From NCBI GenBank assembly GCA_030167865.1, contig JALAGF010005628.1, positions 1 through 64,000 of the forward strand: a stretch of 64,000 nucleotides of DNA, written 5' to 3'. Below the pieces are notes generated by a model that saw only the letters and a program-made list of their open reading frames with translations, ran no database searches and had not been told where the DNA came from. Numbering within the stretch: the stretch's first letter is position 1; every line of letters starts with the position of its first letter. Origin of the DNA: Craspedostauros australis. Its lineage: Eukaryota. The translations under genes were made by a program, and so were the position numbers. Of the stretch, positions 24,590 to 37,286 are shown in pieces.

Positions 24590-26906
24590 ATGCTAAGCAC
24601 AGACATGGATCCACCATCAACTTCATCATCATCATCAGCAGCAGCAGCATCCGTCGACAACCACAGCAGCAACCACAACAGCAACGAGACAGACACAGCG
24701 ATGGAGTCAAAGTCAGACACTGCGCCACCCCTGCGGCCTGCCGGGACTGTCAAGACATTGAGGTTCGCAACGCCGGAACCTGTCTGGAGACGACCACGGT
24801 CGGAAAGCGCACCTGCGGAATCGGCCATGCAGATGACATCGAACGCCCCCGCTCCCTTGCAATCGGGCAACAGCATGACCACAAGCAAGAGCATGAACAA
24901 CATGAGTGCCAGAACCAACAACACCGGCAACAGCAGCAGCAGCAACAACAGGAACAACTCCAACAACAACAATGGAAACGACATCGGATCGATCGTGACA
25001 AAGTCAAAGAAAGCAGCAGCTTCCATCTTTACTTTGTTGCATGCCAAGGTGAGGTAATCAGGTTGAAAGGATGGGGTACGGATGCAGCATACTCCACGAG
25101 TTTGCCGCATGAGTATTCCGCACCTACGTACGAGGAAAGCAATGCGGGTCAGCAGCCGACAGAGAACACGCTGGTGGAGAATGAAAGCCGATCGGAAAAG
25201 ATGAAGAGAGAGGAGAGAGAGACAGGCGATGAAGGAGCGGGTGCAAACGAGGGATCATGATCAGTCCTCCTGACCTCCGAACGACGTGACTGGTCCGTGG
25301 GAATTGATCGTGTGCTTGTCTGATCTTCTCTGATGGAGCACATGGCCTCCAAGCAATCTCTCGATGGACGCCTCTGGTGGATGCACGCAAAGCAGATCGC
25401 TCCAGGACCTTGCTTCTCACTCAATTTGATCTGCTGACTATCGAATATTTACGTGATTCTGCGATGCCATCATGCTACTACCATGCTCTGCCATCATGCT
25501 GTGATATTGCGACGCCTTGATCTTGTCTTCTGGCCTTTGCTTCTGGCTATTACTTGCACACTTGTGATTTCGTGACTCTTCATGTTGTGCTGTGGCAAAC
25601 GAATGAATGAACGAACGAACGAATGAATGAACGAATGGTCCCCGGATCCGCACGTGCGTATGTACTCGCACTCCAACACTTTCTCCAAACGAATCTGCAG
25701 AGCTGCCGACTGGGTCCGTACCAATGCCAGCACAGGGGCTGTGCACAGGCCAAGCTCACCTACCTCCATCTCAAGACATGCTCAGCCAACGGCACCCACA
25801 ATGCCTGCCCAACCAACTACCGAGGATGCGGTGACGCCCGGAAACTCCTGGCTCACTACCGACGATGCCGCGAGATTCGTGCCCGCCAGGCAGGCCAGCA
25901 GACGAGGATAAAAAAGGAGCATCTCTGTCTGGTCTGCACCTTCGTGGCCAGGCAGGCACGTGGCCAGCTCGATCGCAACCCCACCAGCGGCGGCAGTGGC
26001 AACACCGCAGGCAATGCGAGCAGCGGCGGCGGTGTGCGAAGCGGCGTGGCTGCTCGGAAGTCCAATACCAAGCACGTCTACAACACGTACTCCATCAACA
26101 GCGACAAGAAACTCGCCGTGTCCCTGGCCACCCACAGAATCTCAAGGAACACCTGCTCGATGGCGGGCAACGATGGTGGAGAACGTCGCATCCTGGCCTC
26201 CTTCCGCATCGTGGATGATGGCAGCAACGTCGTCAACAAGCGACCGCATGGGAACCACACTCCGCCCAACACGCCTCACATGATGCCGCCTCCCCCACCA
26301 CGCTTCCCAACTCAAAACCACCGCTCCCTCGACATGCCGGACATGTCCATGCGGCAAGCCCAGGAGCAGGAGACGAAGGATGAGGACAGCGCCATGGCGC
26401 TCTGCATGCTCGGCAACGCATCTTCGTCATCATCTTCGCTGGCATCAGTGTCGGCGTCTCCATCGCCCTTGACCGTCCCGGCAAAGCAGCGATCGCAGTC
26501 GCAATCGCCGTTGCAGCAGAACAACAGCCATTTGCAGGACAGCCAGGACAGCGCCATGGCTCTCTGCATGCTGGGCACCGGCGTCGGCGGCGCATCGTCC
26601 AAGCGGCGAACGCGACCACGTGCGGAGAGCCTCGACGTCCGTTCGAGCACAGCGAAGGCATCGTCGCAGTTCGTGTCAACCAACCCCCAGCAATCCTTGC
26701 TCGGTCAGCTCGTTGTCAGCCTGGAACCTCAGATCGAGGAGGAGATGGTGGAAGCGGAGCAACGTCAATCCTCACCGCAACGACGCATGCGCAGCGCATC
26801 CTGCAGCGTAATCAGAACGTCCACGAAGCCCATGGAGCCATTCAATCCTGCGATTGAAGGGTCCTTCGCCGAACCATTGTCCGAGTCCTTGGATCGTTTT
26901 GGTTGA
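24590..26906 (+). CDS. Stand-alone TAZ-type zinc finger protein (~554 aa)
   Basis: join(24590..25048, 25701..26906) gives LLHAKSC...CQHRGCAQAK...HLKTC...CPTNYRGC..ARKLLAHYRRC...CLVC, the three H-x3-C...C...C sites of TAZ fingers. The rest is low complexity. Confidence 0.82.
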
Positions 26907-27592
26907 GCAGAGAGCATGCAGCCAAGCAGTCGGGGAGGCAGACACGCAATCAGGCAGACAGGCAGGCAGCCAAGCAGTCAGATATGCATTGAGTAAATGG
27001 GCGAGAGAAACAAGGGGATTCAATCCTCACGGACCAACCATACGAAATCCAATAAGCATTCAGGCATTGGAACGTGGTGTGCGGGGAGCATCCTGATTTC
27101 ATCAAAGCGAGACGGAGCACGGATCAAACATATTTCGGGAATGTAAATATTGCAAACTAACAAGCGCTATCATACTAGTGTCACATCATGCTTGCGTTGT
27201 ATTATATCTATGAACAATCCAGTCACGCAGTATTGTTCTGCGAGTATGCGTTGTGTTGGTCTAGAGAAGCTTGCTCTTCCTTCCACCCCGCTGCCAGTGC
27301 CTTCACCCTTCAACTTACTCGTGCATGAGTTGGGTAGCCGATGGGAGGCCTTGCGATTGCTCTCATGGCGCAAATGCCATGGCGTATCATACGAGTACGT
27401 TCGTGGAGTGTACCACCGGAGGTCAATTGCAATCCTTCGGTTTGCGATCATTGGCAGGCACAGCGATCCACTCCACTCAACTCCGGAGCTATGTGGCGAG
27501 TAGCATCACAGTGCGGATCGTATGGTACCATTCGGATACGCTTACTCTACGGCATGTCACCATCAATGACAAATTGCGAGCATTCCTTGGGA

Positions 27593-29059
27593 TTAGAAGG
27601 AATGATGGTGTGGCTCGTGCGGGCTCAGGACGACACCGTCCTGAAACTCAATGGTGCGGAAATGGAAATCGGACTCCACCGCTTCCCACCACTTGAAGTT
27701 GCACATTGTCGAGACCCGCCTTGGCATCGTGTACAAGGTGTCGCCGTTGTCGTTCTGGACGTTGGCATCCAACCGATAGTCGTACACCAAGGTCTGGACG
27801 ATCTGCGTGACGTCTTCCACGCCGAGTTCTACGCGGCTGACCTTTGCCTGGATCATTTTGGACTTGATGTCCGCGACGGTGATGCCGTTGCCATTGTTGA
27901 GACGTCTGACGCACATCATGATGAAGGTTCTGAGTTCGGAGATGAACTCGTGATCGAACTCAAGGCCGCTGTACCATACACCGCCGGTGAGCTCCTTGGA
28001 TGGGACGAGGTTGTAGAGCATGTAGAGCTTCTTGGCCTTCGCGTTGACCGATTTGACCGGCTTGATGAGCTGGCGCTGTTCGAGATGCTTGAATATCTTG
28101 TTGAGGGCCTGCTGCTGGATGTTGGTCTGCATCCGGATCTCCTTGGTCCAGATGCCCATGTTGCCTGCCTTTTCGATGACTTGAAGCACCATGCGTTCCG
28201 ACACATCCAGGCCATGGTACTTTGCGGCGACGTCCTTCGAAACGAGCGTGTAGTAGAGCTCGGCGCCCATCTTGCTCATCGTCAGTCTCGACTCGCGCAG
28301 CAACTCACTTGGTGACGTACGAGCATGGTGGCGTTTTGCGAACATTGGAATTCGTGGTACAGGTATTGCAACGCATGATTCAACATGGCATTTGATGGGG
28401 GGACACATTCGTCGTGACATGTTGACAGGTTGGCATGGATTGGAGTGGATCGAAGCAGATGTGAGAATTGTGGAAGGGTCATCCAGCAGTGTGTGTTTCC
28501 TGTATGGTATAATGGAATAGGTGTCTGCAGCACTTGCTCGCTTCGCCCGAGTGCAAAACTAAAGCTCTGTACCCTTGGCGCAAGTCACTAGCGTTCGTGT
28601 GTTAGTACTCGTAGAGCATCCTGATTAACCACTTCAAACGTGGCATAATTTCACAGGAACTCAATGTAATGCAACACAATGCAATGCAGCACATTGCAAC
28701 TCAATGCAGCGCGAAACTGCGCGAAACGACACAAACATGCCGCATTCCTGAACGTACTTGATGACCAACGCCAGCTGCTCGAAATCTGTCTTGTTGGGGA
28801 AGTGTTCCTTGAGCTTGGTGCTGGATATACCTGACTTGTGCTGCGCAGTTTGGAACAGGGCGATGAATCGGTCCCTGAGCACCTCCTTGGACTGCGGCTG
28901 ATTGCGCCTCGTGGACGCTGAAATCGACCCGCCCGAACCTGGCTCGATCTTGATGCCCACGCCCCTTGCCTTCTTGCGTGGCTGCGATGTCCCTCCCGAC
29001 GCTGATTTGTGTGTCGGCAGCGCCTTGCCACTGCGTGCTCGTTTCTGAGGTCGGTTCAT
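27593..29059 (-). CDS. POLR3F: RNA polymerase III subunit RPC6 (C34/RPC39), 338 aa
   Basis: join(29059..28758, 28307..27593) gives LALVINELLRESRL. Winged-helix motifs VLQVIEKAGNMGIWTKEIR, LIKPVKSV..KAKKLYMLYNLVPSKELTGGVWY and EFDHEFI. Confidence 0.93.
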
Positions 29060-31107
29060 TTTGTTTGCTGCGATGCTTGCTTCTTTGCGGTCTCTGATTG
29101 CAGCAAATGGTCACCTGATGCTTGGTCCAACGTGCTCAGGGTGTCAACCGCATTCCTTGGTGACTTGTCGACTTGGCGACTTGGCGACTTGCGATGTTCT
29201 GTGTACGACTCCGAGGATGGTACGATTATTATGTGTTGTTTTGTTCTATTCTATTACGCTCGTATTGTATTGTATGTACGAGCTGTGGCAGCGACCTTGC
29301 CTGTTGGACAGGCCTGTTTGATGCTTTTGGCGCCAACAGAAAGAGCGTTGTGTTGTTGGAATTGTGGTTGTTGTGCCTGTTTGCGCTTGTGCTTGTGGGG
29401 AGAGGGACTGGGATCGTGATTGGCTTGGCGGGAGCATCAATCGACTGGATCGAACGGCACCAGTTTGAATCATTGGATCAACATTGGAATCGAGTGGCTC
29501 TGTTGGTGCAACAAGATCATCTCCATCAGTCGCGCGAAAACAGTTTCTCCGAACATCGTGACAGCGTCATATATCTCAGTACCGGACTGACCTGGTGGAG
29601 ACATCAGTTTGGGCCAATCATCGTCGTTGATGTTTTCGTGATGCCGGAGCCAGTTTGGGAACCGCGTCGATTGCTGCTGATTGTTGTGTTGAATCAAGGG
29701 CAGATGGACAGACGAGAACCCCACATTTGTGCCTTGTTGTGCAGTTCTGCCTCTTGTCACCTTGCGAAAAGGGAGGGAAAGGGCAAGACGGCGAAATTGA
29801 ATGCGTTGTGGTGAACGAACCAGCGCGTGTCTACGAGCAGGACATGACACATAGTCGTACGAGGCTACGTGGACGAATCGTACGCGTACTGTCAGTGATG
29901 ATGCTGCGCTGTCTGCTACTCGTGGGAGCCTCGCTGCACGCCATCACGCATTTCACGCACCTGCCTCACGACAACACGAACAACACGAAATTATCGCGCG
30001 ATCAGCAACAAGCGCTTTTGCCACGGAGGCAAGGAGAGGAAAGGGGCTTGTTTGTTCCGCTCTCTTCCCTTGCGGTTTGTGGGAGAGGACCACAAGTGAG
30101 GAAAACAGAGACGGAGGATTGCGGTCTTTGTTCATGTCTGGCAAGACTGCGCAACAACACTGAAGCAACACATTCAACATCACAATCATCCACGCCAGGG
30201 CAGTGGAGCTCGTGTACGCAGAATACTACTACTCCACTCTACTCTCTGCCCCAGCGAAGCGTTGTGGGAGCAACAGCAGTCACGGCATCATCATCCAAGC
30301 AACCAAGAGGGACGACCCTGTTCGATAGTTGTGTGATCGCAATCCTCTTTGCGCCTTCGAGCAAGCAGATTCCGAGCTGAGACGGTTGGCGCCCCCGCAC
30401 CAGCTCCCATTGGTCTGTCCTGTCGATACATCTCTCTCTCTCTCTCTCTCCCTGTGGAGAGCACAGACGCTGCTGCCGTACCAACACGACTGTCTTCCAT
30501 TAGAACACGCAGTGCGCAATACCACCATACTCTTTCCACACAGATATAGATTAGAGGAGCAGATATTGCCTGCACAGGTGTGCCATACCATCCCAGACCA
30601 TCCATACCACCCGCTCAGCACAAGCAGACCACTCACTCCGATAGACGCAGAAGCAGGAGCAAGATCAGCGGAGAGCCAACCGCAGACCACAACGGAACGG
30701 AGGAAGAAGGAAAGATCAGAACCCGAGACAGCAAGGAACCACACTGCGCACACCATACTCGTAGCTCGCAGCTCGTAGACAGCCGCAGCAAGCACACGAA
30801 GGTGGCCCTCTTGGATGGAACAAGTCCTTGATTGTCAGTAGATTATACAGCGGAGAACATATTGGATTGTATTCTACTATACAAGTGCACACACCACTGC
30901 GACCAATCTTGCGCACCAGGAAGTCCGACAAAGCCATTCGCTCTGACCCACACATCACCACTGCATTAGGATCTGACTTGTCGTTCATCCAGAGTATCGT
31001 CCCCAGACATAACTCACGGAAACAGAGAGCGCAATCAGCAGAAGACTTTTGAGAACCTCCACCACTCAGGAGCATACAGACACAAGTGTTGCTGAGCGTG
31101 AAAGGCG

Positions 31108-34100
31108 ATGTCTGCACCGAGAACAGCAACAGCAGCTGGTGGCGGCGCCACAGGACAAGGCGCTGCCAGACCGATGGCCAACGGCGGCGTAGGTGTTGGA
31201 AACCAAGGAGCGGATTCTCCAGGATGGGGACCCCCACCACCAGGATTCATGACCCAGGAGGATCAGCAACAAAAACATCACAAACTGCAACCTAATGAAG
31301 CAGCAGCAGCAACAAAAGCAGCGAACTCAACCGATTCCGCCGGAAACGACAAGGCCAGAGGAGGTCCAAGGAACGAGCGCTCCAACAGTTTCAGCAACCT
31401 CGCAGCGGCCTTGGGCACCGGTTTGGCAGAATCCATGGACATCTCCACCAGATCGAGCCTCGAGATCAAGCGTCAATCCGCGGAGGGCCAAGTGCTTGTT
31501 GATGCTTTTGCGAAGGGAGCCCCGGGGCAACCCGGAGTCGGAACGGCAGACCAGGACCTCAGCTACTCACGCATGATGCGTCATGCAGGATCCCGCATCC
31601 TCGGAAACGCGCCAAACCCTGGCGATGCCTTCACCGCCTCATCCAACGCCTCCGCCGCGCCTGGCTTTTCATCCTCCGAGGCCGACTCCATCCTCGCTTC
31701 TCTCAATCTCAGCGACGCCGCCACACCCAATGCTGCCTCCTCCGCTGCGGCGGGGGGATTGCGTGGCAGCACCATTTTTGATGACAACACCAACCTCGCC
31801 AACGCTGCCGCATACGGCGCCCGGCCTTCCGGTGCAGGTGCTGCTTCACCTGGTATGAAGGCAACAACAGGTCTGACCAAAGCATTTTCCGACGATGCTC
31901 TCGAGCACACGTTCCAAGCTGGTGGTCTGGCGGCGACGACCCACCGCTCCGGATCGACCAACGCGCTCAACCATTTCAAACAAAACCATCAGAGCCATCT
32001 GCAAACCTACGGCCAGAACCAGCAGTTCCCACAGCACGGCTCTAACCCCAACTTTCATGCCCCTCGCGACCAATCGAGGCTGTCAGCGACCAAGGATCTG
32101 GGCGTCGTCGTAATGGAACCATCCGAATCTGCTTCGGCTGCTCACAACAACAGCAGCAACAACAATCACGCCGTTGCGAATGGTGGTGTTCCTGGCGCAG
32201 GTGCAGGCACAAATGGCACGGCCAACCTGGGTGGTCTCCTCAACAGCAATGCCGCTGCCTTCCGCAACGATGGCCGCCAAATCGAGCTCGAGCGCGGAAT
32301 GCAATCTCTTTGGTCCAACGAAGCACCGCCAGCAAACGGTGACGGCAAGCATGCGAAGGGGAATGGCGTTGGCATCGAAGCCGCAGCCGCTGGCAACAAC
32401 GGTGGAACTTCGCTGTCATCGGCAGCACAGTCAGCTAGTTCGCAGGCGGCGGAAAATGCTTTGCGGCAATTTACGTGGGATTCGAGGCATCAAGAATCCA
32501 GCCGCATGCTGGCCATCATCCGCGCGTTCCTTCCATCACCAACAGAAGTGCGCCTCCAGTGCGAACGATATGGAAGCATCGAAACCTTCCGGGCCGACTT
32601 TTCCGACAAGGGCGTCTACTTCGTCGGCTACTATGACATGCGGTCGGCTCAGACGGCAGCGAGGGATCTGCAACCATACCTGCAACAACAGCAGCAGCAG
32701 CAGTACCCACCCAGCGGCAACGCCAACAGCAACGGAAATCAAAAGATCGAGGTCAGCTACTGCGTGCCTCTCAATTCGTCATCCCAATTCGATGAAAGCT
32801 TGGTCATCCTGACAGATATTCCATCCAGCATTGAGATCGATCATCTGCTGCAGATGCTCTCGATGTACGGCAAGGTGCGCTCCCTCAAGAGCCACGGCGG
32901 AATGTACAGCGGTTCGTCGTACGTCGTGGAATACCATGATGTCCAAGATGCCAAGCAGGCAGTGCTGGAACTGGAGAGTTCCCAACCTTGGGGACCGAAC
33001 GTCATGGTGGAGTACGGGCCTCGCAATCCATCCGATCGCAAGCGAGGTAGGGAGCTCCTGGCCCTCATCGGAAGGTGGCGTCGGGAGTCTTCATCCGGGA
33101 TGGGACTTGGTCACGGGGGCAGGTCGGATTCTCACCACCAGCTCCCTCATCACCAGCAAGGTGCGAACGGCGGCGGCGGAAACAGCAACAACGCACACAT
33201 GATGTACGGCGGTCATGGCAACAAGCATGGATCGCGAGGATCGTTCGGGATGCATGACAATGGAATGGGAGGATCCAACACATCGTACGGCCCTCACGAT
33301 CGGCAGTACAACCGCAACTTGATGCACAACGGACGTAACGACTACGGCTACGACAACGGTTACAATGGTCACGACAACAACCACCTGCCACATGACTCAC
33401 ACCTCGGAATGCGGTCTGATAGAGGCTACAACTACGGACACATGGACAGAAATGGAGCACCCTACGGGCGTGAAAACGGCAACCACTACCCGTACGGTGG
33501 CAATGGCGGTGGCGGCAGCGGTGGTGGTCATCGCGGTGGAAACGATTACATGAATCACGGCGGCGGCGGTGGTGGTGGCGGAGTGTCACCGCATCACAAC
33601 AATCGCAACAATCGCAATAATTACGGTCACAACCATCACGCGCCCAACCACATGCACCAGCAATACCCAAACAACCATCCCCAGTCCCATCAGTACCACA
33701 ACTCTTCCCAGTACCAGCACGGCGGATCTGGGATGAGCGACATGCACGGAAGCCATGGCAGTGGCCTCAACCAATACCGCGGTGGCAACAATCACAACGG
33801 CGGTTCGTCGAACTACCACAGCCACCACCATGATCGCAACCGCCGATCCATCTCCCCACCCTACCCGGATGGCCATCACGGTCACAACCATCGTTCGTAC
33901 GGTGGCGGTGGCGGCCGTGGAGGTTACTCGCGCGATTCGCATCACCATTCAGATGACAAATCCATCGGTGGCAACTCCCACAGCTCGAAATACAGCCACG
34001 GAGACAATCGCAGCGTCGGTGCCCACAGCACTGGCATGAGCACGCTGGCAGCATCCGCAACGGACGAAAAAGACAAGCGCAACCTGACCCTGGACCTCGA

Positions 34101-34638
34101 GATGGTGGAGGCGGGACATGACACCCGCACGTCGTTGATGGTGCGCAACATCCCCAACAAGTACACCCAGAAGATGCTGCTGTCGGAATTCAAGGAGAAT
34201 GGCCACGGGCCAGGCGTCATCGACTTCTTCTACCTGCCCATCGACTTCAAGAACCGCTGCAATCGCGGCTACGCCTTCATCAACTTCGTCAACTACACCG
34301 ACATCCTGCACTTCCACAAACGTTATTTTGGCAAGCACTGGCGTACCTTCAACAGCGACAAGATCTGCGACATCACGTACGCTCGCATCCAAGGCAAGGC
34401 CGCCATGTTGAAGCGTTTTGAGAATTCTGCTCTGATGGAGAAGGACGAGGAGTACAAACCGCTAGTGTTCGTCAGCAACGGCCCCGACAAGGGAATGCGC
34501 CTTCCCTTCTCCCAGAACACCTCTTCCTCCTCCTCTGGCAAGCACGGCAATGGTGGCGGTGGTCACAACCATCACCATCATAACGGTCCTTCCCACTCGC
34601 ATTCCAACCACAGCAACAACAACAGCAAGAAGTCGTAA
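31108..34638 (+). CDS. Mei2-like RNA-binding protein (two RRMs plus C-terminal Mei2-type RRM3), 1176 aa
   Basis: RRM1 YGSIETF...YFVGYYDMRSA; RRM2 YGKVRSL...VVEYHDVQDA; diagnostic RRM3 DTRTSLMVRNIPNKYTQKML...DFFYLPIDFKNRCNRGYAFINF...SDKICDITYARIQGK. Single ORF. Confidence 0.93.
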   Translation: MSAPRTATAAGGGATGQGAARPMANGGVGVGNQGADSPGWGPPPPGFMTQEDQQQKHHKLQPNEAAAATKAANSTDSAGNDKARGGPRNERSNSFSNLAAALGTGLAESMDISTRSSLEIKRQSAEGQVLVDAFAKGAPGQPGVGTADQDLSYSRMMRHAGSRILGNAPNPGDAFTASSNASAAPGFSSSEADSILASLNLSDAATPNAASSAAAGGLRGSTIFDDNTNLANAAAYGARPSGAGAASPGMKATTGLTKAFSDDALEHTFQAGGLAATTHRSGSTNALNHFKQNHQSHLQTYGQNQQFPQHGSNPNFHAPRDQSRLSATKDLGVVVMEPSESASAAHNNSSNNNHAVANGGVPGAGAGTNGTANLGGLLNSNAAAFRNDGRQIELERGMQSLWSNEAPPANGDGKHAKGNGVGIEAAAAGNNGGTSLSSAAQSASSQAAENALRQFTWDSRHQESSRMLAIIRAFLPSPTEVRLQCERYGSIETFRADFSDKGVYFVGYYDMRSAQTAARDLQPYLQQQQQQQYPPSGNANSNGNQKIEVSYCVPLNSSSQFDESLVILTDIPSSIEIDHLLQMLSMYGKVRSLKSHGGMYSGSSYVVEYHDVQDAKQAVLELESSQPWGPNVMVEYGPRNPSDRKRGRELLALIGRWRRESSSGMGLGHGGRSDSHHQLPHHQQGANGGGGNSNNAHMMYGGHGNKHGSRGSFGMHDNGMGGSNTSYGPHDRQYNRNLMHNGRNDYGYDNGYNGHDNNHLPHDSHLGMRSDRGYNYGHMDRNGAPYGRENGNHYPYGGNGGGGSGGGHRGGNDYMNHGGGGGGGGVSPHHNNRNNRNNYGHNHHAPNHMHQQYPNNHPQSHQYHNSSQYQHGGSGMSDMHGSHGSGLNQYRGGNNHNGGSSNYHSHHHDRNRRSISPPYPDGHHGHNHRSYGGGGGRGGYSRDSHHHSDDKSIGGNSHSSKYSHGDNRSVGAHSTGMSTLAASATDEKDKRNLTLDLEMVEAGHDTRTSLMVRNIPNKYTQKMLLSEFKENGHGPGVIDFFYLPIDFKNRCNRGYAFINFVNYTDILHFHKRYFGKHWRTFNSDKICDITYARIQGKAAMLKRFENSALMEKDEEYKPLVFVSNGPDKGMRLPFSQNTSSSSSGKHGNGGGGHNHHHHNGPSHSHSNHSNNNSKKS

Positions 34639-37286
34639 TCAACGAAGACGCATGATCAGTCGGTGGGTGGATTTGCCTTCGTGATCTCTCACCCTCTTCA
34701 AATGGAGGAGGTTTCATGGATGCATACGTACCTACCGAGTAAGAGTACGAGTACGAGTACATGATTGAAGGCACGGGTGGATGTGGGTGTGAGTGTGGAT
34801 GTTGGTGCACGAGTTGTCGAATGCATGGATGAAGGAACGAACGCGTGCATTGGCCAGTGTTCCATTGCCACTGCTAGCAGCAGTTACGAGAACAGGCACT
34901 CTACAGCAACGGCAACGACCTGGTGCGAATGTAACGCCAAGTCGAAGATGGCAGCTTGCGCCAATTTTGTGTGCCCACCATACCTTCGTTTGGTTTGCAT
35001 CCGTCGACAAATTTTTGAACAGCGTGATCAATGAAACGACAGGCAATCAAGCGAAACACGATGGGACGGTACAGAATGCTACTGCGAGCAATTACATGAA
35101 CGGGTGAGGAAGATGTGGCTGCATATCCGTACCCACCCTCCTTGCAACATGCTGCACCGTTCCACACATACATACTCGGAATGCGGACACACCATGGACG
35201 AAGTGCTCCCCCTGCAGGGACTTATTTTTCAAATTTTAAACTGAAACAAATCAAACACTGCACCAACGACAAGCAGCAATAGAATTACACCATGCAATGC
35301 TAGACTGGAGCACGCTGTATGGTGCAACAGTGTTCTACTACTCTGTCAATACTGCGACAAGAACCACGAAACAGGCTATTACAAGTATCGCTGCTGTACG
35401 CGTACACCTATCATAGGTCGAGAGTTGGGCACAGAAGAAAAGAGCACAGCAAGAGATCAGCTGAAACCAAAATGTGAACGCGGTGATGACAACATGAGCA
35501 TCAGCAGGAACAGGCATAAGGGCAGATGGAGGCACAGGAACAGGAACAAGCGTCATTTGTGTTCTCTGGAGAGAGCTCATGCATCATTGCTGGGACGAAA
35601 GCGTTCCTTCCGAGCAGCAGTTGCCCGTGTGTCCGTCCCATAGACCGACCACTCCGACGGCATGTTTCTCCCACGATTTTCGTTTTCGGTTTCGTTGTGT
35701 GGCTTTCTTCCTCTTGTGCCTCTGCGTGTTCTTGTGTTTTGTGTGTGTTGCTTTGTGTCGCTGGTTGTGGAAGCTGATAGTTCACGATTAACTCTTGGTT
35801 CACGACTTGGTCCAATCCCGGATAAGTTATTCCCGGTACGTGGTCGTGGGAATGGCTTTTCGGAATGAATGGACACATGCGCCGCCGATGTGACGTTGTA
35901 CCGAACACCGGTGTCAAGAAATAGGAGCATTTTGATGTTTTGGTTGGTTGGTTGTGGGTTTGGGTGGGCCAGCCGCGTCGCAGGGTGTCAACGTATCATG
36001 TCGCAGGCATCAAGGAGCGGCACCTCTCTTGCGCGCGCCGTTTTGTGTGGGAAAAACGGCGCGACACGTGAAATTGCTGCGAAAGCAGCACGGAGACTTC
36101 ATCAATCCGTCAGCGGTTGCCTCCTTTCTCTCCTTTTTGCTGACACCTGGGAGAACAAAAAAAGCAGCCAAACCAGATCACAGAGAGAGAGAGCGTGAGT
36201 GGTGAGTGGTGAGTGGTGAGTGTCGAGCGAGAGACAAGAGCGGTGTGGACAGAGTAAGAGCAAGCCAAGAGGGGCAAGGGAAGACGGAAGACGAACAAGA
36301 GACGAAGAACAAGAGACGAAGAGGAAGAACGACATCAGCATCCGCAACATCCGCAACATCCGTAACCACCTCAGCAATAGCTATAATTGTAGCTGCAACA
36401 CGAGTAGAAGTCGCAAGTGCATCAAAAGCATCAGCACGAGTATCAGCAACAACAACAGCACAAGCATCAACAACAGATTCCTGTTTGGAGGGAACGCAAC
36501 CAAGGCTCCCAACTGTCCGAACACATCACCTCACATCAGCCTCCATCCCAGAGTCAGACTCGGACTCAACGCAAGACAGCAGCACGCCACACCACACAAA
36601 CCAAAGCCAAGCCAAGCGCTTCCAGAGACGCTGTTCAACGGCCGCACTGAGCATCATCCTTGTGCACGAATTCGCAGCGCCTTTGAGCAACTTTGAGCAA
36701 CTTTCGGCAGCTTTGCGGACCTGTGACTTTGCCATCAGCCTGAGCTTCCAGTCTTTGCCTCTGTCATTCGGAAAGCCAATTCCATCCTCGAGACTACGAG
36801 CTACACACAGAGGTTCAGGAGTGAGACAGCTTGGAACGGCTTGTGACAGCTTGTAACAGCTTGGGACATCGCCTGTTGGCTCGGGCACTCTTCTCGCGCG
36901 CGAACATCAGCAGCGATCAGAACGAAAGCGCAGACTCACGAGGGTAATCCGCACCAGCCATACCATCGACACTGCCAACATCATCAATACCGGCAGCGCA
37001 CGCAATACAAGCAGCGCATTGGGTTCAAGTCAGCGTACTCCCCCAAGTGCAAGGCATCCAGCACGAACGGCAACCACAGCGTTGGTCCATTGAGAGCGCA
37101 TTGCTCGTGCAGTCTCTCACTCTTCATCTGTGTCTTCTGCGTCGAGCATCTCTGCAACACGGCTCATCCAATCCAGCCCATCCATCCGACACCACCTGCA
37201 TTGCTCGCAGTGTCAGCATTGGTATTGTTACCACACAGCCACTACTAGCCCCGTGCGAATACGAATACAAGCACGTTCTCAAAACC

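Noticed and set aside
27341..28315. 324-aa plus-strand ORF
   Set aside because: Antisense shadow of POLR3F exon 2.
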